Positions 24,185 to 51,789 of a stretch of DNA of 64,000 nucleotides are shown here, piece after piece. The notes under the pieces were generated by a model. It was given only the letters and a program-made list of their open reading frames with translations, did not search any database and had not been told where the DNA came from. The position numbers and the translations under genes are program-made. The stretch is from Macrostomum lignano (lineage: Eukaryota), in NCBI GenBank assembly GCA_002269645.1, contig NIVC01002125.1:62001-126000 (forward strand). Direction: 5' to 3'. Position 1 is the stretch's first letter. Every line of letters begins with the position of its first letter.

Positions 24185-25669
24185 TCTGGAAGGAGTCGCC
24201 TAGCCAGCAGTCTGGTGATAGTTGAGCATGACAATGCCAAACTGAACCCAGCTACTCTGCATGCGGTTACTGCCGCGGCCAAGCTCTCTGGCAGTGGAGG
24301 CGACGTCACCTGTCTTGTTGCCGGGCACGGATGCTCACCCGTGGCTAAGGCTGCTGCTCAGGTAAGTTAATTCTACAATTCTATCATTCTACACTAATTA
24401 TTATAATATACCCTGGTACCTTTCTGAAGTTCAAAAGTATTTTTTGCGTGGAGCCAGCCTGAGGAAAATAAAATATCTTTCTAAGAAACGTACTTTCCCC
24501 TCCTCCTCCCAGATTTTCTTATATCCCTGAAAATTTCTCACAGTTGTGGAAAATGCCTCCTCCTCCCCCACGGCAGGTCGCCGGAGTCAAACACGTCCTG
24601 CTGGCCGACTCCGATGCATTCAAAGGTTTCCTGCCCGAAGCCCTCGCCCCCCTCATCGTGGCCTGCCAGTCCAAGCTGCAGTTCAGCCACATTGTCAGCT
24701 CGGCCACCGCGCTCGGCAAGTCGCTGCTGCCGCGCGTCGCCGCTAAATTGGACGTCGCCGCCGTCTCCGACGTTATCGACGTCAAATCTGAGGACACCTT
24801 TGTCCGGCCTGTGTACGCTGGCAACGCTCTGCAGACCGTCAAGTCGCTCGACAAGGTCAAGTGCATCACCGTTCGGGGCACCGCCTTTGAAGCTGCCGCA
24901 GAAACTGGCGGCTCGGCCGGCGAGGAGGCCGCGCCCGGTGCCGACGGGGTGACCAACTCCGTCAGCAAGTTTATTGGACAGGTGAGTTACAGCTGACTGA
25001 CTGACTGATTGACTGACTGACTGACTGACTGACTGACTGACTGACTGACTGACTGACTGACTGACTGACTGACCCAACTCACAGCACACAGCGTTATTAA
25101 AGCACTAGAAATTCATTTTACTTTGAAGCCATAGTTTTTCTCTGTGCTTTTTTATATGCTTCATCTTAAAAAACGCACTTTTAAGGCTGCATTCAATTGT
25201 TGGACAACCGGATTAAGGCTGTAAGTATTTTACACCTGACAACCCATCACCCGAGAGCTCTCTCCCTCCCCACCCTCAGGAGCTGAGCAAGAGCGACCGA
25301 CCCGAGCTGTCCAGCGCCAAGGTGGTTGTGTCCGGCGGCCGTGGCCTGAAGTCCGGCGACAACTTCCAGCTGCTGTACGAGCTCGCCGGCAAGATGAACG
25401 CCGCCGTTGGCGCTAGCCGGGCCGCTGTGGACGCCGGCTTCGTGCCGAACGACATGCAGATTGGCCAGACCGGCAAGATCGTCGCCCCGGACCTGTACAT
25501 CGCAGTTGGCATCTCGGGCGCGATCCAGCACCTGGCCGGCATGAAGGACAGCAAAGTGATTGTCGCTATTAACAAAGACCCCGAGGCGCCAATATTTCAG
25601 GTGGCCGACTACGGCTTGGTTGCCGACCTGTTCAAAGCCGTGCCCGAGATGACCAAACTGCTCAACTGA
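24185..25669 (+). CDS. ETFA: Electron transfer flavoprotein alpha subunit; exons 24185-24361, 24577-24981, 25280-25669 (5' exon with start codon not located)
   Basis: [13 protein letters not shown]...[18 protein letters not shown]...[11 protein letters not shown] and the conserved FAD-binding region [11 protein letters not shown]...[49 protein letters not shown]. All junctions are phase 0 GT-AG. Confidence 0.97.
24993..25072. repeat. (CTGA)n microsatellite in an ETFA intron
   Basis: About 20 units read directly. Confidence 0.97.
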
Positions 25670-26049
25670 CCGGCTGCTGACTACTAACCAGTGTGCGACT
25701 CGATTCAAATCTATTATTATCGACGTCATTTCTTAATCTGCGTATTTTTTTAAGTTCAAACATTTTCATTATCTTAATTCCATCATAAAATTATATTGAA
25801 ATTCGGGTTGGATTAATTTCATGCTATTGATTACTGTAGCTCTGGCCCAGTGTGCGTCTGTTTGATTTGTCTTTAGTAAATTGTTAATTATTGTTATGAA
25901 TTAAAGTTATTTCTTATCGAAACAGCAATACCTTGCTATAGTGTCTGTCTATTGTTTTGTATTTACAAATTAGTGCCTATATTAGACCCAGAATGTGCAA
26001 GCACTAGGCAAGAAAATAGAAATGCTTAGTCTATCCTAACTCGTAGCAT

Positions 26050-27405
26050 ACAGTATCATACCTAAAATCACCCCCAGTATCATACCTAGAATCACTCCCA
26101 GTATCATACCTAAAATCACTCCCAGTATCATACCTATAATCACTCCCAGTATCATACCTAGAATCACTCCCAGTATCATACCTAGAATCACTCCCAGTAT
26201 CATACCTAAAATCACTCCCAGTATCATACCTAAAATCACTCCCAGTATCATACCTAAAATCACCCCCAGTATCATACCTTAAATCACTCCCAGTATCATA
26301 CCTAAAATCACTCCCAGTATCATACCTAAAATCACCCCCAGTATCATACCTTAAATCACTCCCAGTATCATACCTAGAATCACTCCCAGTATCATACCTA
26401 GAATCACTCCCAGTATCATACCTAGAATCACTCCCAGTAAAATTACCTAAAATCACCCTGTATGATACCTAAAATCACCCCCAGTATCATACCTAGAATC
26501 ACTCCCAGTATCATACCTAAAATCACTCCCAGTATCATACCTATAATCACTCCCAGTATCATACCTAGAATCACTCCCAGTATCATACCTAAAATCACCC
26601 CCAGTATCATACCTAGAATCACTCCCAGTATCATACCTAAAATCACTCCCAGTATCATACCTAGAATCACTCCCAGTATCATACCTAAAATCACTCCCAG
26701 TATCATACCTAGAATCACTTCCAGTATCATACCTAAAATCACTCCCAGTATCATACCTAAAATCACCCCCAGTATCATACCTTAAATCACTCCCAGTATC
26801 ATACCTAAAATCACCCCCAGTATCATACCTTAAATCACTCCCAGTATCATACCTAGAATCACTCCCAGTATCATACCTAGAATCACTCCCAGTAAAATTA
26901 CCTAAAATCACCCTGTATGATACCTAAAATCACCCCCAGTATCATACCTAGAATCACTCCCAGTATCATACCTAAAATCACTCCCAGTATCATACCTATA
27001 ATCACTCCCAGTATCATACCTAGAATCACTCCCAGTATCATACCTAAAATCACCCCCAGTATCATACCTAGAATCACTCCCAGTATCATACCTAAAATCA
27101 CCCCCAGTATCATACCTAGAATCACTCCCAGTATCATACCTAAAATCACCCCCAGTATCATACCTAGAATCACTCCCAGTATCATACCTAGAATCACTCC
27201 CAGTATCATACCTAGAATCACTCCCAGTATCATACCTAGAATCACTCCCAGTATCATACCTAGAATCACTCCCAGTATCATACCTAGAATCACTCCCAGT
27301 GTCATACCTAGAATCACCCCCAGTATCATACCTAAAATCACCCCCAGTATCATACCTAGAATCACTCCCAGTATCATACCTAGAATCACCCCCAGTATCA
27401 TATAT
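26050..27405. repeat. 24-bp minisatellite (CCCAGTATCATACCTAGAATCACT) with higher-order duplication
   Basis: Tandem array; the rare variant GTAAAATTACC..CCCTGTATG recurs 455 bp apart (26437 and 26892). Confidence 0.97.
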
Positions 27406-27939
27406 TTCAGCTAGCATGCTTACAGCACTATGATACAAATGTTTAACTTTAGTGAATCATGCCGCTATCACTATTTCTGCCAATCAAGAAACAATGAGCC
27501 TGGACTATGGTAGAAAGCGCAGACTGAATCGGTTGAACAGTCAAGAGGGGTGAGAGTTTGCGCATTGCTATAGTGAGCTGACTTAGTAGTCCATAATACT
27601 TGATGTTGTTAATGTAGCCGTGCTTAGTACACATAATTTATTTAGTTTATACCTGAGCACCATAACCCGTGTGACCTCTGCCAGCTTATATGTATGCTTT
27701 GATGGTTTTGGCACCGTAACTACTTTGCATTCTCGTTAATTAAATGACCGATACTTTCAGTTGCACTGCGCCCGCATGTCTTGCTACATGTAGATGCTAT
27801 TGTCGTCGCCACCCGTTTGTTGTTGTGTATTGCTTTGTAAGTATAGCTTTTGTGTGCGTTTTTTATTGCTTTTTTTCTAACAGACTGACCTGTTCACTTT
27901 TTATTAAAACAATTCTAATGCTTAAGAAGCCTAAATAAT

Positions 27940-29545
27940 CTCAGTGTCAGGGGAGCTGTGCCCCCCCCCCCATCTCAGTGTCAGGTGAGCTGTGCCCCCC
28001 CCATCTCAGTGTCAGGTGAGCTGTGCCCCCCTATCTCAGTGTGTCAGGGGAGCTGTGCCCCCCAATCTCAGTGTCAGGGGAGCTGTGCCCCCCATCTCAG
28101 TGTCAGGGGAGCTGTGCCCCCCATCTCAGTGTGTCAGGGGAGCTGTGCCCCCCATCTCAGTGTCAGGGAAACTGTGCCCCCCATCTCAGTGTCAGGGGAG
28201 CTGTGCCCCCCCCCATCTCAGTGTCAGTGAAGCTGTGCCCCCCATCTCAGTGTCAGGTGAGCTGTGCCCCCCCCATCTCAGTGTCAGGTGAGCTGTGCCC
28301 CCCTATCTCAGTGTGTCAGGGGAGCTGTGCCCCCATCTCAGTGTCAGGGAAACTGTGCCCCCCCCATCTCAGTGTCAGGTGAGCTGTGCCCCCCTATCTC
28401 AGTGTGTCAGGGGAGCTGTGCCCCCCCCATCTCAGTGTCAGGTGAGCTGTGCCCCCCATCTCAGTGTCAGGGGAGCTGTGCCCCCCATCTCAGTGTGTCA
28501 GTGAAGCTGTGCCCCCCATCTCAGTGTCAGGAGAGCTGTGCCCCCCCCCCCATCTCTGTGTCAGGGGAGCTGTGCCCCCCATCTCAGTGTGTCAGGGGAG
28601 CTGTGCCCCCCATCTCAGTGTCAGGGGAGCTGTGCCCCCCAATCTCAGTGTCAGGGGAGCTGTGCCCCCCATCTCAGTGTCAGGGGAGCTGTGCCCCCCA
28701 TCTCAGTGTGTCAGGGGAGCTGTGCCCCCCATCTCAGTGTCAGGGAAACTGTGCCCCCCATCTCAGTGTCAGGGGAGCTGTGCCCCCCCCATCTCAGTGT
28801 CAGTGAAGCTGTGCCCCCCATCTCAGTGTCAGGGAAACTGTGCCCCCCATCTCAGTGTCAGTGAAGCTGTGCCCCCCATCTCAGTGTCAGTGAAGCTGTG
28901 CCCCCCATCTCAGTGTCGGTGAAGCTGTGCCCCCCCATCTCAGTGTCAGGGGAGCTGTGCCCCTTATCTCAGTGTCAGGGGAGCTGTGCCCCCCATCTCA
29001 GTGTCAGGGGAGCTGTGCCCCCCATCTCAGTGTGTCAGGGGAGCTGTGCCCCCCATCTCAGTGTCAGGGAAACTGTGCCCCCCATCTCAGTGTCAGGGGA
29101 GCTGTGCCCCCCCCCCCCATCTCAGTGTCAGTGAAGCTGTGCCCCCCATCTCAGTGTCAGGGAAACTGTGCCCCCCATCTCAGTGTCAGTGAAGCTGTGC
29201 CCCCCATCTCAGTGTCAGTGAAGCTGTGCCCCCCATCTCAGTGTCGGTGAAGCTGTGCCCCCCATCTCAGTGTCAGGGGAGCTGTGCCCCTTATCTCAGT
29301 GTCAGGGGAGCTGTGCCCCCCATCTCAGTGTGTCAGGGGAGCTGTGCCCCTCATCTCAGTGTCAGGGGAGCTGTGCCCCTCATCTCAGTGTCAGGTGAGC
29401 TGTGCCCCCCCCATCTCAGTGTGTCAGGGGAGCTGTGCCCCCCATCTCAGTGTCAGGGGAGCTGTGCCCCCCATCTCAGTGTCAGGGGAGCTGTGCCCCC
29501 CATCTCAGTGTCAGGGGAGCTGTGCCCCCCATCTCAGTGGCAATG
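27940..29545. repeat. ~29-bp minisatellite (CTCAGTGTCAGGGGAGCTGTGCCCCCCAT) with variable C-run
   Basis: Read directly; explains the many spurious ORFs at 27958-29591. Confidence 0.97.
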
Positions 29546-29745
29546 GAGCTGTGCCCTAATTGACAAAGCCCCTTGGTTGTTTCACTGTTAATCTCCGGGT
29601 TGATATTTGTTTATCAGCTTGATAATATGGGCAGTCTATACATGTATTGCTCAAGTATGCAATAGCAGACGTTGCAGAGCAGCTGTGTAAGATCATCTAT
29701 CATATTGGATATGAAAATTGTATTTGCAGAAGGAATTACGAGTTC

Positions 29746-31213
29746 ATGCATGTCAGCGACTCGCGAAAGAAGATTCCAGCTTTACCAGAAAAGGTAAGTA
29801 AACCTTGGATAAGCTTATATGGAATTTTTGAGTACTCGTATGTTAACGTACGACTCGTATTTTCAGGAGAGAAACAATAACTTGTAAATATTTTCTGCTA
29901 AATTTAGCATTGAATAAGCATCTATTCGGCATCTAGCTAATATCTGTCAGAAATCTAGCCAATATCTATCAGACATCTAGCCAATATCTATCAGAAATCT
30001 AGCCAATATCTATCAGACATCTAGCCAATATCTGTCAGAAATCTAGCCAATATCTATCAGACATCTAGCCAATATCTGTCAGAAATCTAGCCAATATCTA
30101 TCAGACATCTTGCCAATATCTGTCAGAAATCTAGCCAATATCTATCAGACATCTAGCCAATATCTATCAGACATCTAGCCAATATCTATCAGACATCTAG
30201 CCAATATCTATCAGAAATCTAGCCAATATCTATCAGACATCTTGCCAATATCTGTCAGAAATCTAGCCAATATCTATCAGACATCTAGCCAATATCTATC
30301 AGACATCTAGCCAATATCTATCAGACATCTAGCCAATATCTATCAGAAATCTAGCCAATATCTATCAGACATCTTGCCAATATCTGTCAGAAATCTAGCC
30401 AATATCTATCAGACATCTAGCCAATATCTGTCAGAAATCTAGCCAATATCTATCAGACATCTAGCCAATATCTGTCAGAAATCTAGCCAATATCTATCAG
30501 ACATCTAGCCAATATCTGTCAGAAATCTAGCCAATATCTATCAGACATCTAGCCAATATCTGTCAGAAATCTAGCCAATATCTATCAGACATCTAGCCAA
30601 TATCTATCAGAAATCTAGCCAATATCTGTCAGAAATCTAGCCAATATCTATCAGACATCTAGCCAATATCTGTCAGAAATCTAGCCAATATCTATCAGAC
30701 ATCTAGCCAATATCTATCAGAAATCTAGCCAATATCTATCAGACATCTAGCCAATATCTATCAGAAATCTAGCCAATATCTATCAGACATCTAGCCAATA
30801 TCTATCAGACATCTAGCCAATATCTATCAGACATCTAGCCAATATCTATCAGACATCTTGCCAATATCTATCAGAAATCTAGCCAATATCTATCAGACAT
30901 CTAGCCAATATCTATCAGACATCTTGCCAATATCTATCAGAAATCTAGCCAATATCTATTCGGCATCTAGCCAGTATCTATGCAGCATCTAGCCAATATC
31001 TATTCAGCATCTATCAGACATCTATACCATTAATCTCCATCGCAGGCCCGCGCCCTGATAGCCAGCCTGACCCTGTCCGAATCGGACTATCACGCCATCG
31101 AGCTGCAGCTGGAGGCGGCCTTCCGAGCCGGCCTGAGCGCTACTGGGCCGCCGCAATGCGTTCCAATGCTCTGCTCTCATGTGACCCGGCTGCCCGGCAG
31201 GGCCGCGCCCAGC

Positions 31214-31248
<35 letters not shown>

Positions 31249-34200
31249 AGGCCACGGCCAGTCCCCGGGCCCAGGCGACTACCTGGCACTGGACCTGGGC
31301 GGCACCAACTACCGGGTGCTGCTAGTTCGAATGCGCCCGCCAGGCCAGCCGCCTGAGATCGTTGAGAACGTCTACTCGGTGCCCGGCGAGCTCATGCGCG
31401 GCCGCGGCATCGACCTGTTCGACTTCTTGGCCGCCACCATTGCCGACTTTATGGCCGAGCACGGCGCCGCCCATCTGGCCGAAAATCCGGCCGCTCCGCT
31501 TCGCCTCGGCTTCACATTCTCGTTCCCGTGCGAGCAGCGCGGCCTGGCCAGCGCCCGATTGCTCGGCTGGACCAAGGGCTACTCGGCTGAGGGCGTCGTT
31601 GGCAACGACGTGTGTCAGCTGTTGCAGGTGCGTGGCGGGAGTAAAGAAATTTCCTTCAGTCTCTGAGGAATGCCATTCAGGCTGCAATTATTATCCTTCA
31701 GGCTATGGTTAATATCCTTCAGGCTATGGTTAATATCCTTCAGGCTATGGTTAATATCCTTCAGGCTATGGTTAATATCCTTCAGGCTATGGTTAACATC
31801 CTTCAGGCTGCAATTAATATTCTTCAGGCAGCGATTACTTGTAATATCCTTCATAAAACGATTATTGTTAGTCAGGCAGTGATAAGTATTCTTCAGGCTA
31901 CGAAGAATATCATATGCGTTCTATTGGATATTCCAATCCTGCGTTAGGGATATCATCCTTCTAAAATAGATTGCGCATGAATCCACTCCCAAGCGCCAAA
32001 TGTAGCTGCACTGTACAAGACTGTAACCGGGCTTGCGCATCCGCAGGAAGCCATAGACAGGCGCGGTCTGGCCGCCCGCTGCGTAGCCCTGGTCAACGAC
32101 ACCGTGGGCACCCTGGCAGCCTGCGCTCTGGAGGACCCTGCCTGCATGATCGGCCTCATCGTTGGCACAGGCACCAATGCCGCCTACGTGGAGCGGGTAG
32201 CCGCTGTTGATAAGTACTCAACGGAGCTGCCAGCCGGGGAGAGTCGGGTTGTCATCAACACGGAGTGGGGCAACTTCGGAGCCGACGGCTGTCTGGAACG
32301 GTTCAGAACTGATCTGGATAGGCAGCTGGACGCGGCCAGCATTAATCCGGGGCGACAGGTGAAGCCTGACAGGCTAATTCAGGGCGATTCTTGGGGAGCA
32401 AGCGGTTCAGGGGCGATTTTTGGGAGCAAGCGGTTCAGGGGCGATTCTTGGGGAGCAAGCGGTTCAGGGGCGATTCTTGGGGAGCAAGCGGTTCAGGGGC
32501 GATTCTTGGGGAGCAAGCGGTTCAGGGGCGATTCTTGGGGAGCAAGCGGTTCAGGGGCGATTCTTGGGGAGCAAGCGGTTCAGGGGCGATTCTTGGGGAG
32601 CAAGCGGTTCAGGGGCGATTCTCAGGAAGCAAGCGGTTCAGGGGCGATTCTCAGGAAGCAAGCGGTTTAGGGGCGATTCTTGGGGATCAAGCGGTTCAGG
32701 GGAGATTTTTTAGCAGCAAAGATTCTTTGGAATCAACCCGCAGACATTCGAGAAGCTGGTGTCCGGCATGTATCTGGGCGAGCTGGTTCGCTTGGCCATC
32801 CAGCAGCTGGTATCTGACGGTGTGCTATTCGACGGCCGCATGCCCGAGGCGCTGCGCCAGCCCATGAGCTTCCACACCAAATACCTGAGCGAGGTGGAGC
32901 GGGATCCGCCCAGGCACTACTATAGCACAGATAGCCTGCTCACTGTGGACCTCGGCCTGCAGCTGGTCCGCCCGCTGGACATGATGACTGTGCGCTGCCT
33001 GTGCGAGGCCGTGTCCACCCGGTCTGCCTACCTGGTTGCCACCGGCATCTCCTGCCTGTTGAAGCGAATCGGCTCCCCCGATGACGTCACCGTCGGCATT
33101 GACGGCTCGCTGTTTAAATTTCATCCGCACTTTCCACAGCGGATGATCGATAAGATTAACGAGCTGCACCCGGATGCTAAGGTGAGGGGCTGGCGCTGGA
33201 GTGCAGCTTTGATTGGCAGGTGGGATTGGAGATTTGATTGGCAAGTGGGGATCGGAGATTTGATTGGCAGGTGGGATTGGATATTTGATTGGCAGGTGGG
33301 ATTGGAGATTTGATTGGCAGGTGGGATTGGAGATTTGATTGGCAGGTGGGATTGGAGATTTGATTGGCAGGTGGGATTGGAGATTTGACTGGCAGGTGGA
33401 TTGGAGATTTGATTGGCAGGTGGGATTGGAGATTTGATTGGCAGGTGGGATTGGAGATTTGATTGGCAGGTGGGATTGGAGATTTGATTGGCAGGTGGGA
33501 TTGGAGATTTGACTGGCAGGTGGGATTGGAGATTTGACTGGCAGGTGGGGATTGGAGATTTGATTGGCAGGTGGGATTGGAGATTTGATTGGCAGGTGGG
33601 ATTGGAGATTTGATTGGCAGGTGGGATTGGAGATTTGATTGGCAGGTGGGATTGGAGATTTGATTGGCAGGTGGGATTGGAGATTTGATTGGCAGGTGGG
33701 ATTGGAGATTTGATTGGCAGGTGGGGATTGGAGATTTGATTGGCAGGTGGGATTGGAGATTTGATTGGCAGGTGGGATTGGAGATTTGATTGGCAGGTGG
33801 GATTGGAGATTTGATTGGCAGGTGGGATTGGAGATTTGATTGGCAGGTGGGATTGGAGATTTGACTGGCAGGTGGGATTGGAGATTTGACTGGCAGGTGG
33901 ATTGGAGATTTGATTGGCAGGTGGGATTGGAGATTTGATTGGCAGGTGGGATTGGAGATTTGATTGGCAGGTGGGATTGGAGATTTGATTGGCAGGTGGG
34001 ATTGGAGATTTGACTGGCAGGTGGGATTGGAGATTTGACTGGCAGGTGGATTGGAGATTTGATTGGCAGGTGGGATTGGAGATTTGATTGGCAGGTGGGA
34101 TTGGAGATTTGATTGGCAGGTGGGATTGGAGATTTGATTGGCAGGTGGGATTGGAGATTTGATTGGCAGGTGGGATTGGAGATTTGATTGGCAGGTGGGA

Positions 34201-34635
34201 TTGGAGATTTGATTGGCAGGTGGGGATTGGAGATTTGATTGGCAGGTGGGATTGGAGATTTGATTGGCAGGTGGGATTGGAGATTTGATTGGCAGGTGGG
34301 ATTGGAGATTTGATTGGCAGGTGGGATTGGAGATTTGATTGGCAGGTGGGGATTGGAGATTTGATTGGCAGGTGGGGATTGGAGATTTGATTGGCAGGTG
34401 GGGATTGGAGATTTGATTGGCAGGTGGGATTGGAGCTTTGATTAGATCTGAACCAGTCAGTTAGAATAAGGTAGTGATATATCAATAAATCAATGCAGGA
34501 TTTCGGTTTGGTTCGGCAGCTTTTTAGCAGCCTACTATGAGTAGTATATAACTTATTTTTTCTTTGCAGTTCCTGCTGCGCCTATCGGAGGACGGCAGCG
34601 GCAAAGGTGCGGCGGCCATTGCCGCCATGGCCTGA
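29746..34635 (+). CDS. HK: Hexokinase, single-domain ~50 kDa type, ~481 aa; exons 29746-29793, 31046-31627, 32047-32358, 32744-33181, 34570-34635
   Basis: Motifs DYLALDLGGTNYRV, LGFTFSFPC, WTKG, VNDTVG, IVGTGTNAAY, NTEWGNFG, EKLVSGMYLGE, GIDGSL, SEDGSGKGAA. All junctions are phase 0 GT-AG. The first exon is the least certain. Confidence 0.95.
29930..31025. repeat. 22-bp minisatellite (ATCTAGCCAATATCTATCAGAM) in hexokinase intron 1
   Basis: About 49 units read directly. Confidence 0.97.
31670..31900. repeat. 21-bp minisatellite (ATCCTTCAGGCTATGGTTAAT) in hexokinase intron 2
   Basis: Read directly; decays toward the 3' end. Confidence 0.9.
32385..32705. repeat. 29-bp minisatellite (GGGGCGATTCTTGGGGAGCAAGCGGTTCA) in hexokinase intron 3
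   Basis: About 11 units read directly. Confidence 0.95.
33205..34445. repeat. 25-bp minisatellite (GATTGGAGATTTGATTGGCAGGTGG) in hexokinase intron 4
   Basis: About 49 units read directly; explains ORF 33121..34485. Confidence 0.97.
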
Positions 34636-35324
34636 GCTGTTCTGATGGCACCTTGCCTGCTGTGTTTCTATGGCAACGGGTCAACACCTTCCCGCAACTG
34701 TTGGCTGACAATGCAAACCTCCCCGCCACTTGACGCACCTTCGCATCTCGCAGCTCCAGCAAATTCTTCGCTCTCATAAAATTCTCAGAAGTTTTTCTAG
34801 CTAGGATTTAATCACTAATTTATTAATCGCCTTTTACTACTGAATTAGCCTCATCTGCAGGTCCCGTGGTGTTACTCAGCTCACGTTTATTTGTTGTGAT
34901 CAAAAAAAAGTTATCTTGTAGCCATAGAAACGGTTATAATTCGTTTTTGTTTTTATTCAATTCTTGCACTTTCTCATGACTGAAAATGAGAGGGCAGAAC
35001 TTTGTGTTCAGAACGAGTTTGTGTAGCATTTTTCGTAGTGTAGCATTGCTGAATTATGTTAATTAGCATGGGGTCGTTGTGTTAATTGCTCAGCTCCTTG
35101 ATATTTGGTAGAACTTGTTTTGTGTCCTTTTTTACCTCAACCAAGCCTCAGTGTCTTCTGTTGCGGCTATCTGGGATATTCAATTTGCGTCTCGTGCACT
35201 TTTTTACTCTTAGTAGTGTGTTGCATGTAGTAGAGAGCTTTGCGAGATGCGTAAACTCAACGCTCGTATTATGATTGCTATTCATTAATGTTATTGGTGT
35301 ATGACAGAGGGTCATCAGGCTCTC

Positions 35325-35750
35325 TGATTGGATAGCAGCTTAATATGCACTCTGTGGCTAGCTAGGATTTTCCAGAAGCTTTCTGATTGGCTAGCAGCTT
35401 AATATACACTCTGTGGCTAGCTATGGTTTTCCAGAAGCTTTCTGATTGGCTAGCAGCTTAATATACACTCTGTGGCTAGCTATGGTTTTCCAGAAGCTTT
35501 CTGATTGGCTAGTAGCTTAATATACACTCTGTGGCTAGCTATGGTTTTCCAGAAGCTTTCTGATTGGCTAGTAGCTTAATATACACTCTGTGGCTAGCTA
35601 TGGTTTTCCAGAAGCTTTCTGATTGGCTAGCAGCTTAATATACACTCTGTGGCTAGCTATGGTTTTCCAGAAGCTTTCTGATTGGCTAGCAGCTTAATAT
35701 ACACTCTGTGGCTAGCTATGGTTTTCCAGAAGCTTTCTGATTGGTTGGCG
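35325..35750. repeat. 59-bp minisatellite (~7 copies) between the HK and PDE1 3' ends
   Basis: Unit CTGATTGGCTAGCAGCTTAATATACACTCTGTGGCTAGCTATGGTTTTCCAGAAGCTTT. Confidence 0.95.
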
Positions 35751-37223
35751 GCTATATGTAAACTGTAGCTAGAATGCAATTGTCCAGCAGCTCTCTAATT
35801 GGCTAGCGGCAAAACTTACTATTTATACTTCAATCCAGTTCAAAATGCAGTCAAAGCGAACTGTTTTTGTTTTCTCACGCATTGTTAATTTTTGTCTTCT
35901 GAGTATCACTGTTACAAAATCTCTGCTTTGACATAAAAGTTTTCATTCTTGCCTACAATTTTAGCCGTTTATTTTTAGCAGCTGCTAATATTTTACTAAT
36001 GAGTATCGGCTTAAAATGCACCGCATAGATTTTTTTATGTAACTACAAAGGGCGTCACAAAATTTCCAAGGTATCTTCGCCCTATCTTCTTCGGTTTCTA
36101 CGAGTAGCCAATGAAAGAAGCCCAGATCGAATACAAAAACTCAGAACAGACGCTACCCTATCAGTAGTATCAAGAACTAAGTTCATTCTTTAGTGTTATA
36201 ATTGTCTCCTAAGAACCTTTTTGACTTTCTAGTTCATTTTGGGCAAAATTTAAACTACTGTAAGTAGACGCATTCCGTTTTTACCAAGAATTTAGCACCA
36301 ATTTAAATTAGAAAAATTCTAGGAAATCTTTAGCTTTAGAGTCTGAAAATAGACTGGGCGCCTTTCGTAGTTAGAAATAATTCTTTTTGTTTGTTGTTGC
36401 ACAGTATTGAGTAGTTTGTTATTAGATTGAATCTTTTTTGTTTTTTTTTTGTTTTCCAAACCACTCGGATCATAAAAATACAAAAACGTGGAGAGTCCAC
36501 AAATTAGATTCAAATCTGGTAGAATTTGCCCAGCTTAGAAATGAAGAATACTTAAAACGAGTTTCTCAAATTCTTTTCTAAATAATTGTTTAAGATTTAT
36601 TGCACAGGTTAGGTGCATGATTTTCTTTATTGTTTCGTATTGAAAAGAAAATCTTTGTTGCTACGGAGAAAAATATAGTCGCATTATTAATCAGTTCAGT
36701 AGGGGGGTATGACTCGTGGTGTGTACTTTTATGCAAAAGTACAATCGCATGCGCTCGGGGAGACGGGCAAACCACTATTTCAATACCTATCATTTCTCAG
36801 TTGCAAGCTTAATTACTTAACTTTTGCGACTCACACTAATTAACTCATTAACATGAATTAAAGAAGGAAACTAACACTTGAATCTTATTTTAGACCGTTC
36901 CTATTTTAAAATATTTACAGCAAAATATTCTGGTATCTTCGGGCCTTCTTACTGTTGCTATGCTGGTTAAGGAGATTATATGATGACTATATTAGAATTC
37001 GACAAGACAAGGAAAGACGCGCAAAGATTTCTTTTTATTAAAAATATGTCGACTCGATTGAATTGATTGATAAACTCAAAAAGAAAAAACTGGGAATCTT
37101 TGAAGGAGTTTCTGCTTGGGAAACTGGATAGGGAACTAATGGCGTGCCGCTGCTACATGGTCATTAATCCTGCTAATTAAGTAATTAAATGTGGATCGAC
37201 CGAAATCGAATGATTTCTAGAAA

Positions 37224-51461
<14,238 letters not shown>

Positions 51462-51789
51462 CTGCGGTTTCGTTTTGTGTTGACTGGGCTTAGACTAAGA
51501 TGTCCGATTCTGACTACTTACGCTCTGGCTTGTTAGTAGCAGTTATAACGTTAGGAAAAGTACGTATCAGTTTTCATCGTGTAAGGTTTTTTTATTTTAT
51601 TTTTTAAAGTTCAGCCGATACACAATAGTAACATCAGTAACGTCAAGGTTGCGTGTGTCTAATATGAGGAAATTTATGCACTCAACGGTAAATGGTTTTA
51701 AAACTTTTTCACTACGGGTGTTTTGGCAAGATAGCAAATCTTAAATCAATACCCATTCTAGACTGCATCTCACTCCCACCGAAAAATCT

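Noticed and set aside
24519-25729. Antisense ORFs over ETFA (also over HK, PRA1, ASZ1 and the orphan ORF)
   Set aside because: Shadow frames caused by GC-rich codon usage of the real genes.
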